From NCBI RefSeq assembly GCF_009914755.1, contig NC_060947.1: 64,000 nt of DNA, one strand, 5' to 3'. Below are positions 1 through 14,330 of the stretch, in pieces (the stretch's first letter is position 1; each line of letters opens with the position of its first letter). The translations under genes were made by a program, and so were the position numbers. Origin of the DNA: the human T2T-CHM13v2.0 reference genome, Homo sapiens. The notes beneath the pieces are model-generated. The model made no database searches. It saw only the letters and a program-made list of their open reading frames with translations, and had not been told where the DNA came from.

Positions 1-3000
1 CACAGCAACCCTGGGGAGGTAGGTACTACATCTATTTTACAGAGGGGGAAAGGAGGCTTGGAGGTTAATAACTCTCTTGATATCACCCAGTTAGTGAAAG
101 ACCATAGATTTGGACCCATGCAGCCTGGCACTAGCACCTACATCCTATGTACTACAGTATTCTGCCTTAGTGGAAGATGGAGAAAATCAGAAGGTGGGGG
201 ATCTTGAACGTACCAGCCACCTGGACTTGCTAGAGGAAAGGCTCAAACTTCCATGGGATAGTGCCAGATACTCGGTACACAGGATGGAGACTAACCCAGC
301 TGATTTCAGAGCAGCTACCTCCAAGCAGGGCTTGTCATTTCTCTTTGGCCTTGATTTAGTATAGACTTATAGGTAGATTGCAGGAAAATGATGGCAACTC
401 CATTCTTACAGTCCTCAGGGGACCCATCCTAGTATTTCTCCCCTCATTCCCCTCAGCCATTCCTCTTGGTGTCATATTTGCTAAGGTGGCCTTCCAGTGG
501 ACAGAGGGCTAACTGGGAAGCAGGGCAAGGGCTTCTCTCCCTTTCCACCTGCCCCGATTACTCCCATCTCCACACACATCTTATCCCCCACAATAAGAGG
601 CTCACATGAAAAAGAAGATGCCCTCCTAGGCTGAATGTTGCAGTCTTCCAAAATCCCCTCGAAGGAGTGGAGATAAAGAAAAAAAAAACAAAGTCCTTTC
701 CTTGAGAAGCTAATCACAATGTAGTGACTGCTAGAGTTAGCTTACCCATATCATATTTGAGTGTCCTAGGACAAGCCCTCTTTCATGCCTCTCTCCCTCA
801 CTCAGTGTCTGAAAGCCACCATTAAAAATATATTCTTTGCATCATCGCTGAGAGGAATAGCAAATTAGGTGTAAATGAATAAGATCATTAGATCCTAGCA
901 GTAGGAAAGAGGTAGTTTTGGAATACTGGGACTAGGGAGAGCAAGAATGAGCTTGGAACAAGAAGGGGGAAAATGAGATAAATACCAATCCCATAGTTTT
1001 TCCAGAAGCTGATCCTAATCACATTGCCCCTATTAGGAAGTGGTCCTAAAAGAGGAAGATTGAAATTAACAAGTCCTTTGTCTCCATTCTTTCTTGTGCT
1101 GGGCCTGCTGGAGCTGTAGCCCCTACTGGATCACAGCTAGATCCTAAAAAGAGCCAAGGGGAGATCCCCTGTTCTTTTAGGGACCTGAAATGTTTTCTTG
1201 AATAGACATCTTATGAGTCGGGTATGCGGAAATCCAGTGAGTTTGTACTGCAATCCAGTCATTCATGGCCACCTCCATCCCCCCCAGGGTTCCAAGAGCA
1301 TCTGGCAGTGAGAGTAGAATGTGACTTGAGAAGTTGTGGGAAGTCCAGCATATCCACCTCTGTACTCTGCCTGATATCTGTAAACATTTCAAGGTATATC
1401 TTCTTCCAGATTTCACTGAACCCCACAACTGGAGTTTCTTTCTTGGGGTTTTACCTTTACACTGTCCTAAGTGATCCATTATAAAATGTGAATATCCATG
1501 GAAGGGGTGCCATCTGAAGCAATGATTAAGTATGCCACTTCTATTTAAGGGAATTTAACTGTTCTCCTTTTTCTCCAACTGAAAATGGCACTGTGGTAAA
1601 ACGATGTCAATGTACTTAGCACTACTGAGCAGTACACTTTTAAAAATGGCTATGTGGGTAAATATTACATAATGCGTATTTTACCACAATTTTAAAAATG
1701 TATCTGAGGTATTTTCCTGTCTGCTCTGGCTGCACTCTCTTCAGAGGAAGAGGCACAGGCCACAGCTTTGACCACGACTCTGTCCTCTTTCAAAACATAG
1801 CAGATGGAGGACTAGTTGGGGCCACCTGGTCCCATGCTGTGAGGTCTAGCACTGAAAGAGGAATTGGCTTAATCACATTATTTGTCTCCCTGGACAGCCT
1901 ATAGGTTATGTTAAGTAGGAACAAAAGGGCTGAAAAGTGACTTCTCATCCAACAGCTTCTCCCAAGGCCATTTTTGATGGAAAGGTCACGTTCACCTAGG
2001 CTGGCTATTGACCAATCTAATCTATTCACCTTTGGTGATCCTCAGTCATACTCTCTCACCTTCACAGAACATTCTAGTTCATTCTTCCTCTTACCTCCCT
2101 TATGAAGCCCAGCGTCCCTGATTCTTACCCTTCATTCTTTTCTCTTATGCTCGCTACCAATCCCTGAAGACCCCTGTCTTCAAAAGTCTAGACTCCAGTC
2201 CTGGTAGAGCGTTGTAAATAAAGTGTTACTGTCATACATTTTTTAAAGAGCACCATGGGCCTGCAAGTAAACGAGAGCAGAGTAGAATGGTGAGACAGTT
2301 ATGCAGTTTCCTAGTCAGCCAAGATCCTGAGAATGGGGTAGATAAGCTTGAAAATCTGGGAGCCAGTGGCTAAGTATCAGCAATCCTCTTTTTTGAGCAT
2401 TAACAGTAGAAACTACATAGTGGAAAATTTTCTCTTCCTCCCACTACTCCCACCCAAGTGCCAAGAGCACTCCTCCAAAGAAAGAAAAGGAAAGTATAAA
2501 CTTAATACCTTCTATAGTTTCTACACTTCTCCTAGCCTTTTCTCATATATTATCTCACTTGATCCTCAAATCCCCACAGCTGTAGAGACTGGGGCCCTGA
2601 GAGGTTAAGCAGCTCATTCTGAGAAACAAAGCTGGTTAATTGGCAAAGCCTGAGCTGGACCCAAGTTCTCCTGATTTCTGGTCCTATGCTCTCTCCACAT
2701 CATGGTATATTCGCTTTAGCTGGCAGGCAAGATTGTTTGGAAAGCAGCCCAGACCCCTTTTTTTGTTGCTGATGATACAAGTTATGTGCAGACCTTGGGT
2801 TTATAAAAGCAATGACAAATTGAAAAAGAGAAGATGGTAACTACAAACAAACAAAAGACCCCACTTATATCCTTCTAGAAAAGTAAAATTGACACACAGA
2901 ATTGTGTCTGTAATAGAAGAAAAGCTTTCATTTCTTTTCGCACTGTCGATAAGTAATTCCAGACATTGAAACTCAAAACATCCCCTAGTTCCTCTGCAGA

Positions 3001-3755
3001 AAGCCTCAAGTTACAAGTCAGGAAGCAAAGGTCTTTTGCTTCTTTATTATTTTGGAGTGAAGATCTGAACCTGAGTTGAAACAGGATCTGGTTATGCAGA
3101 GAGGAGAAATAGACTGCTTGGTGGAGTGAAAAAAAGAATCATTCTATTAGAATGTTTAACATCTTTAAAATCACATTAAGGACAAAGCTAACATTTTCCC
3201 AACTTGTATAGTCAGCTATTGCTATTCAGGGATACATTATCAAAACTGGGGGTTGGCCAAGCACCTAGTTTTTCTTTCTTCTCCCTATGTTTTGCTGACC
3301 ACAATATGATCACTTCAATGCTGTTAACACCTCCACTGTCTGGTAAAAGTTGAGTGTCCAGACTTCTGAAAAACTTCATTATCTGGGAGACAGTTGAAAG
3401 TCTGAGAGTATTTGAAAAAAGCCACTAGAAAGTAAATTAAATCACTCTTCCCAGCCCACCTCACTTTTCTGACCAGGAGGGTTCTATAGCTACTCTCGCT
3501 ACATGTTCTTCATGGGTACCCTAAGTCATCATAAAAAGGTTAAAATGTTTTTAAAAGCAGGAACATTTTCCATGGGATTTGTTTTCCACAGCTGGCACAT
3601 TAATGTGTATTATGAGCACTGTCCTAACTGCTCCCAGCTTCTTTTATTTTTGGCAATATATTCTTTTAAATGTCTATGGGAAAATGGTACAAATGTGTTT
3701 ACAAAATTTCAACACCTGAAGCAGTGATTATGCTTCATTATCAAAATAACCTTGA

Positions 3756-4061
<306 letters not shown>

Positions 4062-4799
4062 AATAACCTTGAGTCCCCATTATGCCAGATAAATGAGTGA
4101 CATTGTTTTACTTAGAATACAGGACTGAAGACCGCCCCGTCACATGTCCTCAGCATTGCTGTATATTGTGCCCTTCCTCCACATCCTCCCCAGGCCTCCC
4201 TGCCTGGCTGAAATGGCTCACACAGCTTCCCTTCTCTTTCTGTCATCGTCTTGGACTGCTGCCCAATCCCTGGCCCTCACCTTCAGGGGTGACCTTATGG
4301 CTGGAACGAGGACTGGAGAAGAGCCAATGGGGCAAGGCCAGTATAGCTTCAATGAGTGAATCCTGGAAATAAAAGTAAGTTCACTTAACTTATTAACAGT
4401 TCCAATAAAATGCTAGATGGGCTGGAAGGTAAGACCCAATGCCTTGAATGAGGTTTGTGTGTTATCAATGCATTTAAGTGACTGGTAATATATTTGTCCT
4501 GCTATCATTATCAGAGAACCCAGCTATATTTAAGCAAATTGGCTTACTTCTAAGAGGTGATTTTATGTGTGGTTGATGAAGCCCAAACAGCCATCATCAG
4601 ATATAAGCATTTCAGCTGTAAGCAGGGAAGTTTCTGACAACCTTCTTGAGACAAGGAGAATAAATCAATACAACACACACCTCTAACTTTACCCATCATT
4701 GGTTAAGATTGCTCAGTTCAAGAATTTTCTCTTTGACTTCAGATTTACACTATTTGGTGGCTTCCTTGTCTTTTAATAAGCCACTTCAAAAAAGTTATT

Positions 4800-5155
<356 letters not shown>

Positions 5156-5506
5156 CTAAAAGGGATGGGCCTTAAAGGTTTTTTAAAGTGCATCCTGAAA
5201 GACTGCATTGTGATCTTTGAAAGTGCTTCAGAAATAAGAAAAAAGGAGGGATAAGTAATAAAGTAGGTATAACTTTTGAAACACTTGAAAAAACAACCCA
5301 TTTAGCCATATAAACATTTTCTTCACCCATAATCACACATATCAAATTGGAACTGGTTACATAGATATAAATATCACAACCACCCAACCCCCAAATCCAA
5401 ACATCATTTCCAAAAGCAAAAGAAAAAGGATTCCTTCTCCATATGGTACTGGGTCTTAAGGCTGGAATCTCTGAGAGAAGAGTCTTGCGTTATTGTTTAA
5501 ACAACC

Positions 5507-5512
5507 TTTATT
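5507..5512 (-). terminator. KCNE5: KCNE5 polyadenylation signal AATAAA
   Basis: TTTATT on the + strand, ~870 nt downstream of the stop codon. Confidence 0.8.
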
Positions 5513-6329
5513 ACCTGCCTCTGACATTCCCCAGGGTTACAGAGCAGGGGGCATCTGAGCCTCAAGTTCCACGGATGAAGCAGACACTGCAATAACAACT
5601 GAATCAATAGAGGAGAGGCATTTGGAAGTACTGGGGTGATACACCCAGTAATGGTAATCCTCAGCAGAAGATGGCATAGCTACCAAAAATCAGGCGTTAC
5701 CACTGGGATGAAAACTGGGGAGGCAAGAAAATCATACAGTTGGAGTCATAGATCATTTCCCTCCCCGTTGAGCACTCCTCCCCCTTCCGTCCCCCATTAA
5801 GTTCATTCTATCCCACAGACTGGTCCTAGTGTCCTGCTAGCTCCCTGCTGAAAGAGAGAGGGAGGGAAAAGATGTCTGAGGTCTCTTCATTTCCTTTGTC
5901 TCTGTCCCTAAGGCAACTGGAAGCTGGAGCTGCTGCAGTCGGCCTGGCAAGCCCGTTGGCTCTGCAGAGTGAGCAGTCCCTGGCAGCCCCTGGAGCAGCT
6001 GCCAGTTAGACGGCCCAGAGTTCTGATAGAATGCATTGCTTCAGTTCAGTGCCAAGTGTTGGACGTGTTGGATTCAGTTCCCAGAGGGCTGGAGCGTGCT
6101 GTCAGGGCTGTCTGAAGACAAGAGAGCAGAGGCAGTTTAGTGCAGTTGGATGTGCGGGGTAGGGGTGGAGGCGCAGGGGTGAAGAGGGAGAAACTGGCCC
6201 GAATGGGTAAGGTGGTGCTTCTCCTTCCAGGGCCTTCCAGACAAGGTCTCCTGGCCTCTCACCATTATCTGGGCCTCAGATGAGGCGAACCCTGGAAGGG
6301 AGTTGGGGGTGGAAGGTGGGAGGCGCGCC

Positions 6330-7250
6330 CAGGGATGAGCGAGATGAGGAGGGCGCGAACCAGCAATCTGGGGCTGTGGTTTTAGACCCGCTCAGCGCCC
6401 TGGGCGAGGGCAGGCAGCCCCTCGGAGGCAAGCTGGCGGCGGCCCTCGGCCTGGGAGCCCGCGGCAGCCTCGGCGTCGGCGGTCAGGGCGCCTCCCGGGG
6501 CCCATTCGTGCTCGGCGCAAGCCTGGGACGGCTCGTCCTTGGCCTCGACGAGCTTACGGGAGCGGGTGTAGGCCAGGATGAGGCCTCCGGCCAAGCAGGC
6601 GTAGAAGATCATGATGAGCAGGATGTAGAGATAGGCGTCGTCGCCCTTGGCGCTGGTCACCTCGCGGCCCACGAAAGGGTCAGGCACGACCCCCATGCCC
6701 ATGCTGGGACGAGGGCCAGCGCCCAAGCCGCTGGCATTACCCCGGTGGTGCAGCTCGAGCAACAGGCGGCTCAGAAGGGTTCGCAGCCGCTGGCTCTCGC
6801 TGCAGTTCATGGCTTTCGGGGAGTGACACGGCGGCTCCAGGACGCTGCTGACCTTTCCCCCTGGGCGAGGGGAAGCGAGCTAGCGAGCGGGCCGGCCGGC
6901 GGGCAGGGCTCAGCAGCGGAAACAGCGGTAGCACCCAGCTCTCCGGCGAGCGCGCAGTGGCTGGGGGCGCCGACGGCGGGGCCTCCTTATTCCCTCACTC
7001 CCGCCCCTCCTCCCTTTCCCCACCACGCCCCCTCCGGCCCGCGGCCGCCTCTTCCCAGGCTCTGGCTGTCTCGCTGCTCCAGGGAAAGGGGACAGCTGGT
7101 GGGGGGAGGAGAAGGGGACAAGAGTGGGGGCGAGGCTGGGAGACGGGCGGAGGGGGCGGGGGCTCGGAATGCGCGAGGCCCCAGGCAGCAGACGCTGGCA
7201 GGGCAGCTTGCTGGGGCCAAGCCTGGACCCTGGGCTGCGGAAGAGAATTC
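6330..7250. promoter_or_regulatory. KCNE5: CpG island / KCNE5 promoter with GC boxes and a TATA-like GAATAAG (6986-6992, minus)
   Basis: High GC and CpG density over the CDS and upstream region; GC-box-like motifs and G-runs at 7000-7165. Confidence 0.8.
6382..6810 (-). CDS. KCNE5: Potassium voltage-gated channel subfamily E regulatory subunit 5 (KCNE1L/MiRP4), intronless, 142 aa
   Basis: ORF MNCSESQRLRTLLSRLL...; single TM segment YLYILLIMIFYACLAGGLILAY followed by the KCNE-type TRSRK motif; N-glycosylation sequons NCS and NAS; good Kozak context gccATGa. Confidence 0.98.
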   Translation of the reverse strand: MNCSESQRLRTLLSRLLLELHHRGNASGLGAGPRPSMGMGVVPDPFVGREVTSAKGDDAYLYILLIMIFYACLAGGLILAYTRSRKLVEAKDEPSQACAEHEWAPGGALTADAEAAAGSQAEGRRQLASEGLPALAQGAERV

Positions 7251-8603
7251 CTTCCAAGTTCTGGCCACCTGCCCTGCAGGCCAGGCTTTGGCCCAGATAC
7301 AGCATTTGGCCCCCTAAGGCAGCTCTGCCTTGGGGCGCTCAAGGGAGAGGGCAGACGCCTTTCCGCAGCAGAGACCCCTTGTCCACATTTTATGGAAGTT
7401 ACTCCCATATACAGGGACCCAGGCCTATCTTTCTAGTCCTCATTCCTTTCCTTTTCCCCCCGCCCCCCTTTTCACCCCCCTCCCACCTTGTCGGAGGAGA
7501 GCATCTTATTCAGAAGATGCTCAGGCTGAATTTGGTGACTGAGTGCTCAGGCACCTGCTAGAAGGCCAAGGCAGAGTAGAACTCCCTGGTTATCCAAAAT
7601 GGTTTCTGGTGATATAAGTGATATTACACCTTCTTGGAAGCACCCCTGCTCTGATGTCCTATGACACTTTTTGAAAAGTCAACACATCTTAGCACATGAA
7701 TGTACTATTCATAATGGGAGCCTGTTTCCCATGGGTAAGTAAGCCATCTTCCCAGAAGTGAAACCAAGTTCTTCCAATAAGAGTAGCATGCACATTTTAA
7801 AAGGCCCTTTGACTACACTCTGTGGATATCTCGGGATCTGAAAAGTGCCAGTTCTAGAGAATATGCTCACCCTACTCCCAGTTAGGCCAGCAAACAGCTG
7901 TGTGCCTCTCTAGACTTGGTAACAGGTCTAGGCCCTAATGGCTTTTAGGGCAGCCATTTTTTTCTCAAAGGCTGTCTTTTTTTAGGGGAAAACAAGGCAC
8001 CAAGACAAAGATCAGGCCAGATATGTTAAATTGGAAACAGACTGAGCTTCACAAAGGAAAAGGGTTGGTTTGTAGATGGTGGGGTAGAAAAAATGAGGTA
8101 GTGCTGGCTAGGTCTGGTTGTCCATAGTTGCCAAATGAGAGCAGAAAGCAAGAAAAGTGTATGACCTTAGGCACACCTTGAAAATAATGCTGCCTGTTCA
8201 AGACCGTTCAGTCCAGGGACCATTCAATCTATAGGTGCCATGGGTTAAAAAAGGAAGGTTTTCCGATGCCTCTTCCCCAACCGTTCTTCAGCCCACCATC
8301 CACCCAGGGGCTGTAGCCTTCTGTGTGTTCAGGTGAGGTTGGCACCAAACTGTATCCAGGGTCTCAAACAGAGCCTTGCTTCACAGCCTCTAAACAGGCC
8401 TCAGAGACATTCCACATGACCCTGACACTGGCTCCCTTCTAATCACCTTGCCTCAATATTCTCACCTCAGAGGGCCTCAGGAAAGAATTGTTAAAGCAAC
8501 TTGGCAGGATGAATGCCAGAGGACACAGCCAGAGAATTTTCAAAGCACTGCTAACCTAGTGATATGACTGTTGAGCTAAAAAGACTTCTCTTATCTGTTA
8601 AAA

Positions 8604-8935
8604 CAGGAGTCCCCAACCTCCCAGGCTGCTGGACCTTGGCCTGTTAGGAACCAGCCGCACAGAAAGAGGTGAGCAGAGGGCAAGTGAGCATTATCGCCTG
8701 AGCTACACCTCCTGTCAGATCAGCAGTGGCATTAGAGTCTCAGAAGAGCTCAAACCGTATTGTGAACTGCGCATGCCATGGATCTACAATTGCATGCTCT
8801 TTATGAGAATCTAATGCCTGATGATCTGAAGTGAAACAGTTTCATCCTGAAACTATCCACCCCTCCCCAGTGTCCATGAAAAAAATTGTCTTCCACAAAA
8901 CCAGTCTCTGGTGCCAAAAAGGTTGAGGACTGCTG
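8604..8935 (+). mobile_element. MER1B-like hAT-Charlie MITE
   Basis: TIRs CAGGAGTCCCCAACC / GGTTGAGGACTGCTG; 8-bp TSD TGTTAAAA/TGTTAACA. Confidence 0.88.
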
Positions 8936-10083
8936 TGTTAACATATACCTAGAAATAGCTAGGGTTTTTTTTTTTTTTTTTGAGAGGAAAGGAGGAAGAA
9001 ACCCCTTTACTGTAACATACAAATAATCATTTAAACTTGTTTTCTAATTTCAACAGCCTTATGAGCTAATAGGATTCTCATTTTCCAAAGAGGAAACTGA
9101 GGTTCAGACTGGTTAAGTAGCAGGACTGGAATTATAAAGTTTGACCTTCTTCTTCTCAGTCCTCAAACATTACTTGTGTCAAATGGGTGGTATTCATGAG
9201 CTACCTCCATTTTCCCACCTCTCCCTCCTCTTGAACCTTCTAGAGTCCAGTGCTTTCTGCCAAAACTACTTTCTATAAGTCAGTTCACCAGTGACCTCCG
9301 GGTCAAATTCAGGGGTCTCTGCTCCCTTTGCATCTTTGACCTCGAGGATGAATTTGAAACCATCAACCACCCACTCCTTCCTGTAACTGTCCTACCCTTG
9401 GCTCTTGTGGCATTGCATTCTCAAATTTCTCTTCTTATCTCTCTGACCCACCATTCTCTGCCTCCTTTGCTGGCTCCCCTTCTTTCCTCCTCCCATTAAC
9501 TGTTGGAATCCCCAAAGACTCAGTCCTCAGCTATTCTCTCTCAACACCCATTTCCTTGAAGAGTGTCTCTTACATGGTTTCACCTACCACTTGGCATATA
9601 TTTAGCCAAATTTGAATCTCTAGCTCTGATTCTTGGTAGCATGTCTCAGATCCCTCTGCTCCTTCCTTTCTGGTTTTATTGCCACAAGCTTAATCCATGT
9701 TCTCATTACCTCAGGTCAAATATGCAAACAGAGAATCTCCTGGCTTACAGCTGAATCTATCATGTTATGGTTAGAATAATTCTGCAACACCACTTCTATC
9801 AATTCAGCCCTATGTTCAGAAACCCAGGAGTTGTTACTCATTGATTCTTTAACAGAGTTTAGTCTTCTGTGGTGGAACTTAAGTTCTCACCACCAATAGA
9901 CACCATCTTCTCCCCTTTGAATTTGAAAAACAGCATCTTCCTGGAGTTCCTCTGCAATACTCTGTGCATTTTGCCTTCCTCAAAATTCGTTGACTGAAAG
10001 AAGCCTTGCTCTATGCCCCTGTTTGTGCTTTCAGATTCTTCACAATGCACCCTTCTGAGCTTTACTTTGCAGCATTCAATGCA

Positions 10084-10155
10084 GAAATCTTGGAAAACAC
10101 AAAAAAGCAACAAGGAAAATTTTGGAAATCTTGGAAAACACAAAAAAGCGACAAG
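10084..10155. repeat. 31-bp direct duplication (period 41, one mismatch)
   Basis: GAAATCTTGGAAAACACAAAAAAGC(A/G)ACAAG at 10084-10114 and 10125-10155. Confidence 0.9.
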
Positions 10156-11019
10156 AGAAAAGAACGAAAAATTATCAATGGTGCATACTCATGACTCTCT
10201 CTCTCAAATCTCTCTCTCTCTCTCTCTCTCATGTTTCATGGCCTTTTTCCCTTAAAAACATACTGTAAATTTTTCCATGTCATTTACTATTTCTCCATAG
10301 CGTTATTTTTTGTTGTTGTTTTTGTTTTTTTTAGAGTAGATCACTTACAAATTTTATTTTTTAAAGAACATCTTTTCCCCAGCCACAGTATAGTTATAAG
10401 CTAAGAATAATTTCCAATATTGCACAATGAATGCATCCAGATCCTGCAATATTGATCAAAAGAGTGGATTAAAATGGAATATGATAGCAATTTCATGGAA
10501 GTCTCCCTTTCTAAATACTGACTCCTTAGTGTTATTTTATTGTCTACACAGTACTCCAGACTATGGATCTACCATAACTTATTTAACTTTGCCATTTATT
10601 GTAATATTTCTGTTATTTTCATGTTTTGCTATTAAAATAATGTTTTAATAAACACAACGCTACTTCTAGTTTTATTGAAAGAAATCACTACCAGAGAGAA
10701 GTCAACCTACTAATTTATAGAAGAATGGCATGGGGAGGGATAGATGTGTAAAAGCGGGTGGAAATAGAAACGGAGAATAGTCATAAAATTTAAAAAGGCC
10801 CAGCACTCCAAAAAAAACAACAGGTGTGGGGTGGAGGGGATCCTGGCTTTCTTTTCACACTAGGGGCTGATGGGCATCCTTTAAATCTCAGTTCCAGGCC
10901 AGCCTGGAATGGCTGAGATGCTAACCCCTTTCCCTACCACACTTAATGAAATTGCAAATCCACCAGATGGGCACTGGTTCTCATTCCTCACCACCCCTCC
11001 ACCCCCATTTTCCACGAGC

Positions 11020-11205
11020 CCCATACCTGTCAAATAATCATCTGTTTATCCATCACCTGGAACTCATTTCCAAAATGGTAATCAAGGGTGTTGACAAAGG
11101 GAAGTAATTTACAATCATGTATTTAGACTTTCAAAGAGTCTCGGGAAAGGTTCTCTTCCATGCCAAGTTTGTTTTAAAAGTACAATTGAGGCGCCATGGA
11201 TAGGA
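11020..11205 (+). mobile_element. Ancient CR1/L3 reverse-transcriptase fossil
   Basis: Translates VDKGK*FTIMYLDFQRVSGKVLFH, resembling the CR1 RT motif VDxG..VDV.YLDF.KAFD.VPH. Confidence 0.55.
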
Positions 11206-13139
11206 AATGCTTTCCCCATTCCTTGAGACTGTGAGTGCTTCCTGCCAACAGTGCAGCTCTATGGAAGTTGGTTGAATTGAACTGAGTTGAGTTTGGCTAG
11301 TTGCCAAAGGACAGACACAGATGGTAAGCACTGTCGGAGTCCAGAAGGCTGGCAAAGCCACAGTGGGCTCTAAAGGAGAGAAAGAAAGAAGGCTTCATGA
11401 GGCACCAACTAAAGACTGAGAAGGAATCATTCATTCATTCATTCATTCATTCAACAAATATTTATTACATGTTACTTTGTGTGAAGCACTGTGCTGGGTC
11501 CTAGAGACACATCGGTGAGCAAGTCACATCGGTGAACAGTCTGTGCCTTTATAACTCTCACAGACAACTTCTTTGTGAACTGGGGACAAATAGGGAGTGC
11601 CAGGATGTGGAGCTGGGTAAGTAGTGGGCAGGACGACCAGCCAGAATTTGGAGAGAACTGAGACTCTGGGCCCAATCTCTAAGCACTAGAGTCCAAAGCC
11701 TTGTTTGGAAAAAGGAAGACTCCAGGTGGTCTGAGCTCACTGTCCCAGGCTATGCTGCAAGCTTCTCTACCTCCTCCTAGCAGCACAATCTTGAGGGTAT
11801 GGTTTGCCATAAGCCACCACAGTAGGTCTGTTCTCAAAAGACTGATGAGAATAAATTAGACGGTTCCTTAATCCAACTGGGGCTTCTCAGTTTTTCCATG
11901 GGAATATACACAGCATTTCAGACTAACTGGGGTTTGATAAAGATCACAATATTTGTAGGTTGGAATGGGCCTCAGGAGCTTCAAATGCCTTACTTAGAGA
12001 CTTCTTGGAGATCTTCGTGGGCTTGTGCTGATATCCTCCTATATTCAGGCCACATACTGGAGCATCAAATTTGGTCCCTGATTTCATTTATCAAGTGTCT
12101 AGCATATGCCAGGCATATTACATACATTATACTAATTAACCCTATAACAACCTTATGAGGTGGGCAGGTATGGATTCAACAGCAGTATATCTTCAATGCT
12201 GGTCAATCAGAATGGACTAACAAACCATCAGAATAGATTTTGACTGTGAACAACCAGTATGGCCTTACAGAGCCACAACATCCTTGGGCAAAGAAGTAGG
12301 ACAGAGGCACAGACTAAATGGCTTCCCATTTCCCAGGGGATCAAACCAAGATCTCATCTCCTTAGGCTTTGGGGCTGTCCTGGTCATTCTGAACCTCTCT
12401 TTATGGATGCTTCCAGCTGCTCCCGTTGCTCATTGCAGGTACCTGAAAAGCTCCCTTGCCTGCCAACCCCCGTAAAGCAATGGCATCTATCACACCTGCC
12501 CCTTTCTCCCAGTAAATTCCTAAAGATGTCACTCCTTGGCTCAAAATTCTTGAATGGGTCCACTAGACTTCCAAATGATCACCTTACTGTGGCCTTCAAG
12601 ACTCTCTGTGCTCCGGCCTGAAGATGCTGTCCAACCCTACTTACAGCACTAATTACCCAAAATGTCTTCAATGCCACACACCTTCTCAACTAGATGAAAT
12701 CTCACTGTCCTTAGCAATCTCATAGCGTAGAATAATAGTGACGGATGGGCTCATCAGATGGCCCCTACAGACCTCATGAGGGCAGGTGCTGTGTTCTTCC
12801 TCTTTGTACCCCTCACCATGCCTGGCACAGTGCCTGGCACATAATATGTGCTCAGGAAATTTTTACCTAGGTCTGAGGTCTGCCTTCCCGTAATGAAACT
12901 TACCAACTTTGAAAAAGATTCACTCTGTGGGGACTGTGAAACTTTGAAGTTACATTTTTCCAAAAAAAAGTATATATTGTGTAAAATTTCAAACATATAG
13001 CGACATTGACAGAATTTTACAGAGGATATCTAGTAACCACCTAGATTCTACCACTAATATTTTCCTATACTGGCTTTATTCATCCCTCACCTATCCACTC
13101 CTCCCTCTATCTATTTGTCTATTCATTATCTTTTTTTTT

Positions 13140-13912
13140 TTTGAAGTTGCATACATCAGTATGCACTTCACTCCTAAGCACTTTCTCCATACCTATCATT
13201 AACTATAGTCCAATATTTGTTTATTATTCTTTTTTCCTTTTGAAGTAAAATATACATACAATGAGATATATAAATATTAACTGCATATTTTCTGAGTTTT
13301 GGTAAATGTAACCCCTACTAAGATAAAGACTACTACTCAAGAACATGTCCTCTCATCCTTTCATAGGCAATCCTCTCCCTTCACTCCCAGAGGCAGCCAC
13401 TGTTTTTTTTCCGTCATTGATTAGTTTTGCCTGTTATAGAAGCTCATATATATGGAATCATAAGGCATGGACTTTTTTGAATAAGACTTACTTTACTCAG
13501 CTTAATGTTTTTGAGGCTCATGCTAATACATGATACATAATGATACATAATTCACATATATGATACATAAATCATGACACATGCTGTTGCGAGTATCAGT
13601 AGTTTGTTCCTTTTTATTACTGAGTGGTACTCCACTGTGTGACCATACCACAGTTTGTTTATCCATTCTCCTACTGATGAACACTTGGTCTGTTTCCAAC
13701 TTCTGGCTATTAAAAATAAAGCTGCTCTAAATGTTCTCATATAATTCCTTTTGTGGACATATGTTTTCCTTTTTCTTGGGTAAATACCTAGGTGTGGAAA
13801 TGCTGGGTCATGGGAAAGATGTACTTTAGTTTTATAAGAAATTGCCAGACATTTTCCCAAAGTGGCTTGTATCATTTTAGACTCCCACCAACAGTGTGAG
13901 AGGATTCCCATT
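13140..13912 (-). mobile_element. Old L1M 3' fragment
   Basis: ORF 13552-13911 resembles the L1 ORF2 C-terminus (HCWWE..., DPAFPHLGIYP). Confidence 0.8.
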
Positions 13913-14119
13913 GTTTATGGTTACTTGTGCAGCTCTCTGCTTCAATTGCATACTTAGCCTTGCAGTGCACCCATGAAATGCATTTATCATTATACTTATA
14001 AAAGGGCCAAGCCTGACTGTTTGTGGCTTAGTACTTAAAACTTCCCCCAATTTTGATGACTACTAAATGAACACCCAAGCTCTAGGAAATTGCTACATTG
14101 TGAGGGTAAGCTCTATGTG

Positions 14120-14330
14120 ATAATAGCTTTTACTGAAAGTGACAAACACTGTGTTAAACACTTTACATACATTATCTCACCTAATCCTTAACAACAACCC
14201 TCTGAGGTAGGTAAAACAGTATTCCTATTATACAGATGAGGAAATTAAGTTGCAGAGAGGTTAAGTAACTTGTCCAAATTCGATTGGCTCATAGGTGGTC
14301 AAGCTGAGATTTGAACCAGAGGTCAGTTAT
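14120..14330. mobile_element. MIR SINE; other MIRs at ~1-120, 2530-2700, 9050-9160, 14385-14500, 15090-15230, 22600-22790, 44780-44900, 47570-47790 and 55020-55250
   Basis: MIR core ACAGATGAGGAAA..AG..CAGAGAGGTTAAGTAACTTG. Confidence 0.75.

Noticed and set aside
1177-1484. Overlapping 100-aa and 86-aa ORFs with a faint integrase-like WISAYPT motif
   Set aside because: No other catalytic motifs or splice support; cannot be assigned without a profile search
6382-6810. Possible disease alleles in KCNE5
   Set aside because: P33, L65, Y81 and D92/E93 match the reference residues as I recall them
6280-7317. 345-aa plus-strand ORF and other overlapping ORFs across KCNE5
   Set aside because: Antisense shadow of the KCNE5 CDS and a stop-poor CpG island; low-complexity G/A/P/R composition with no recognisable domain
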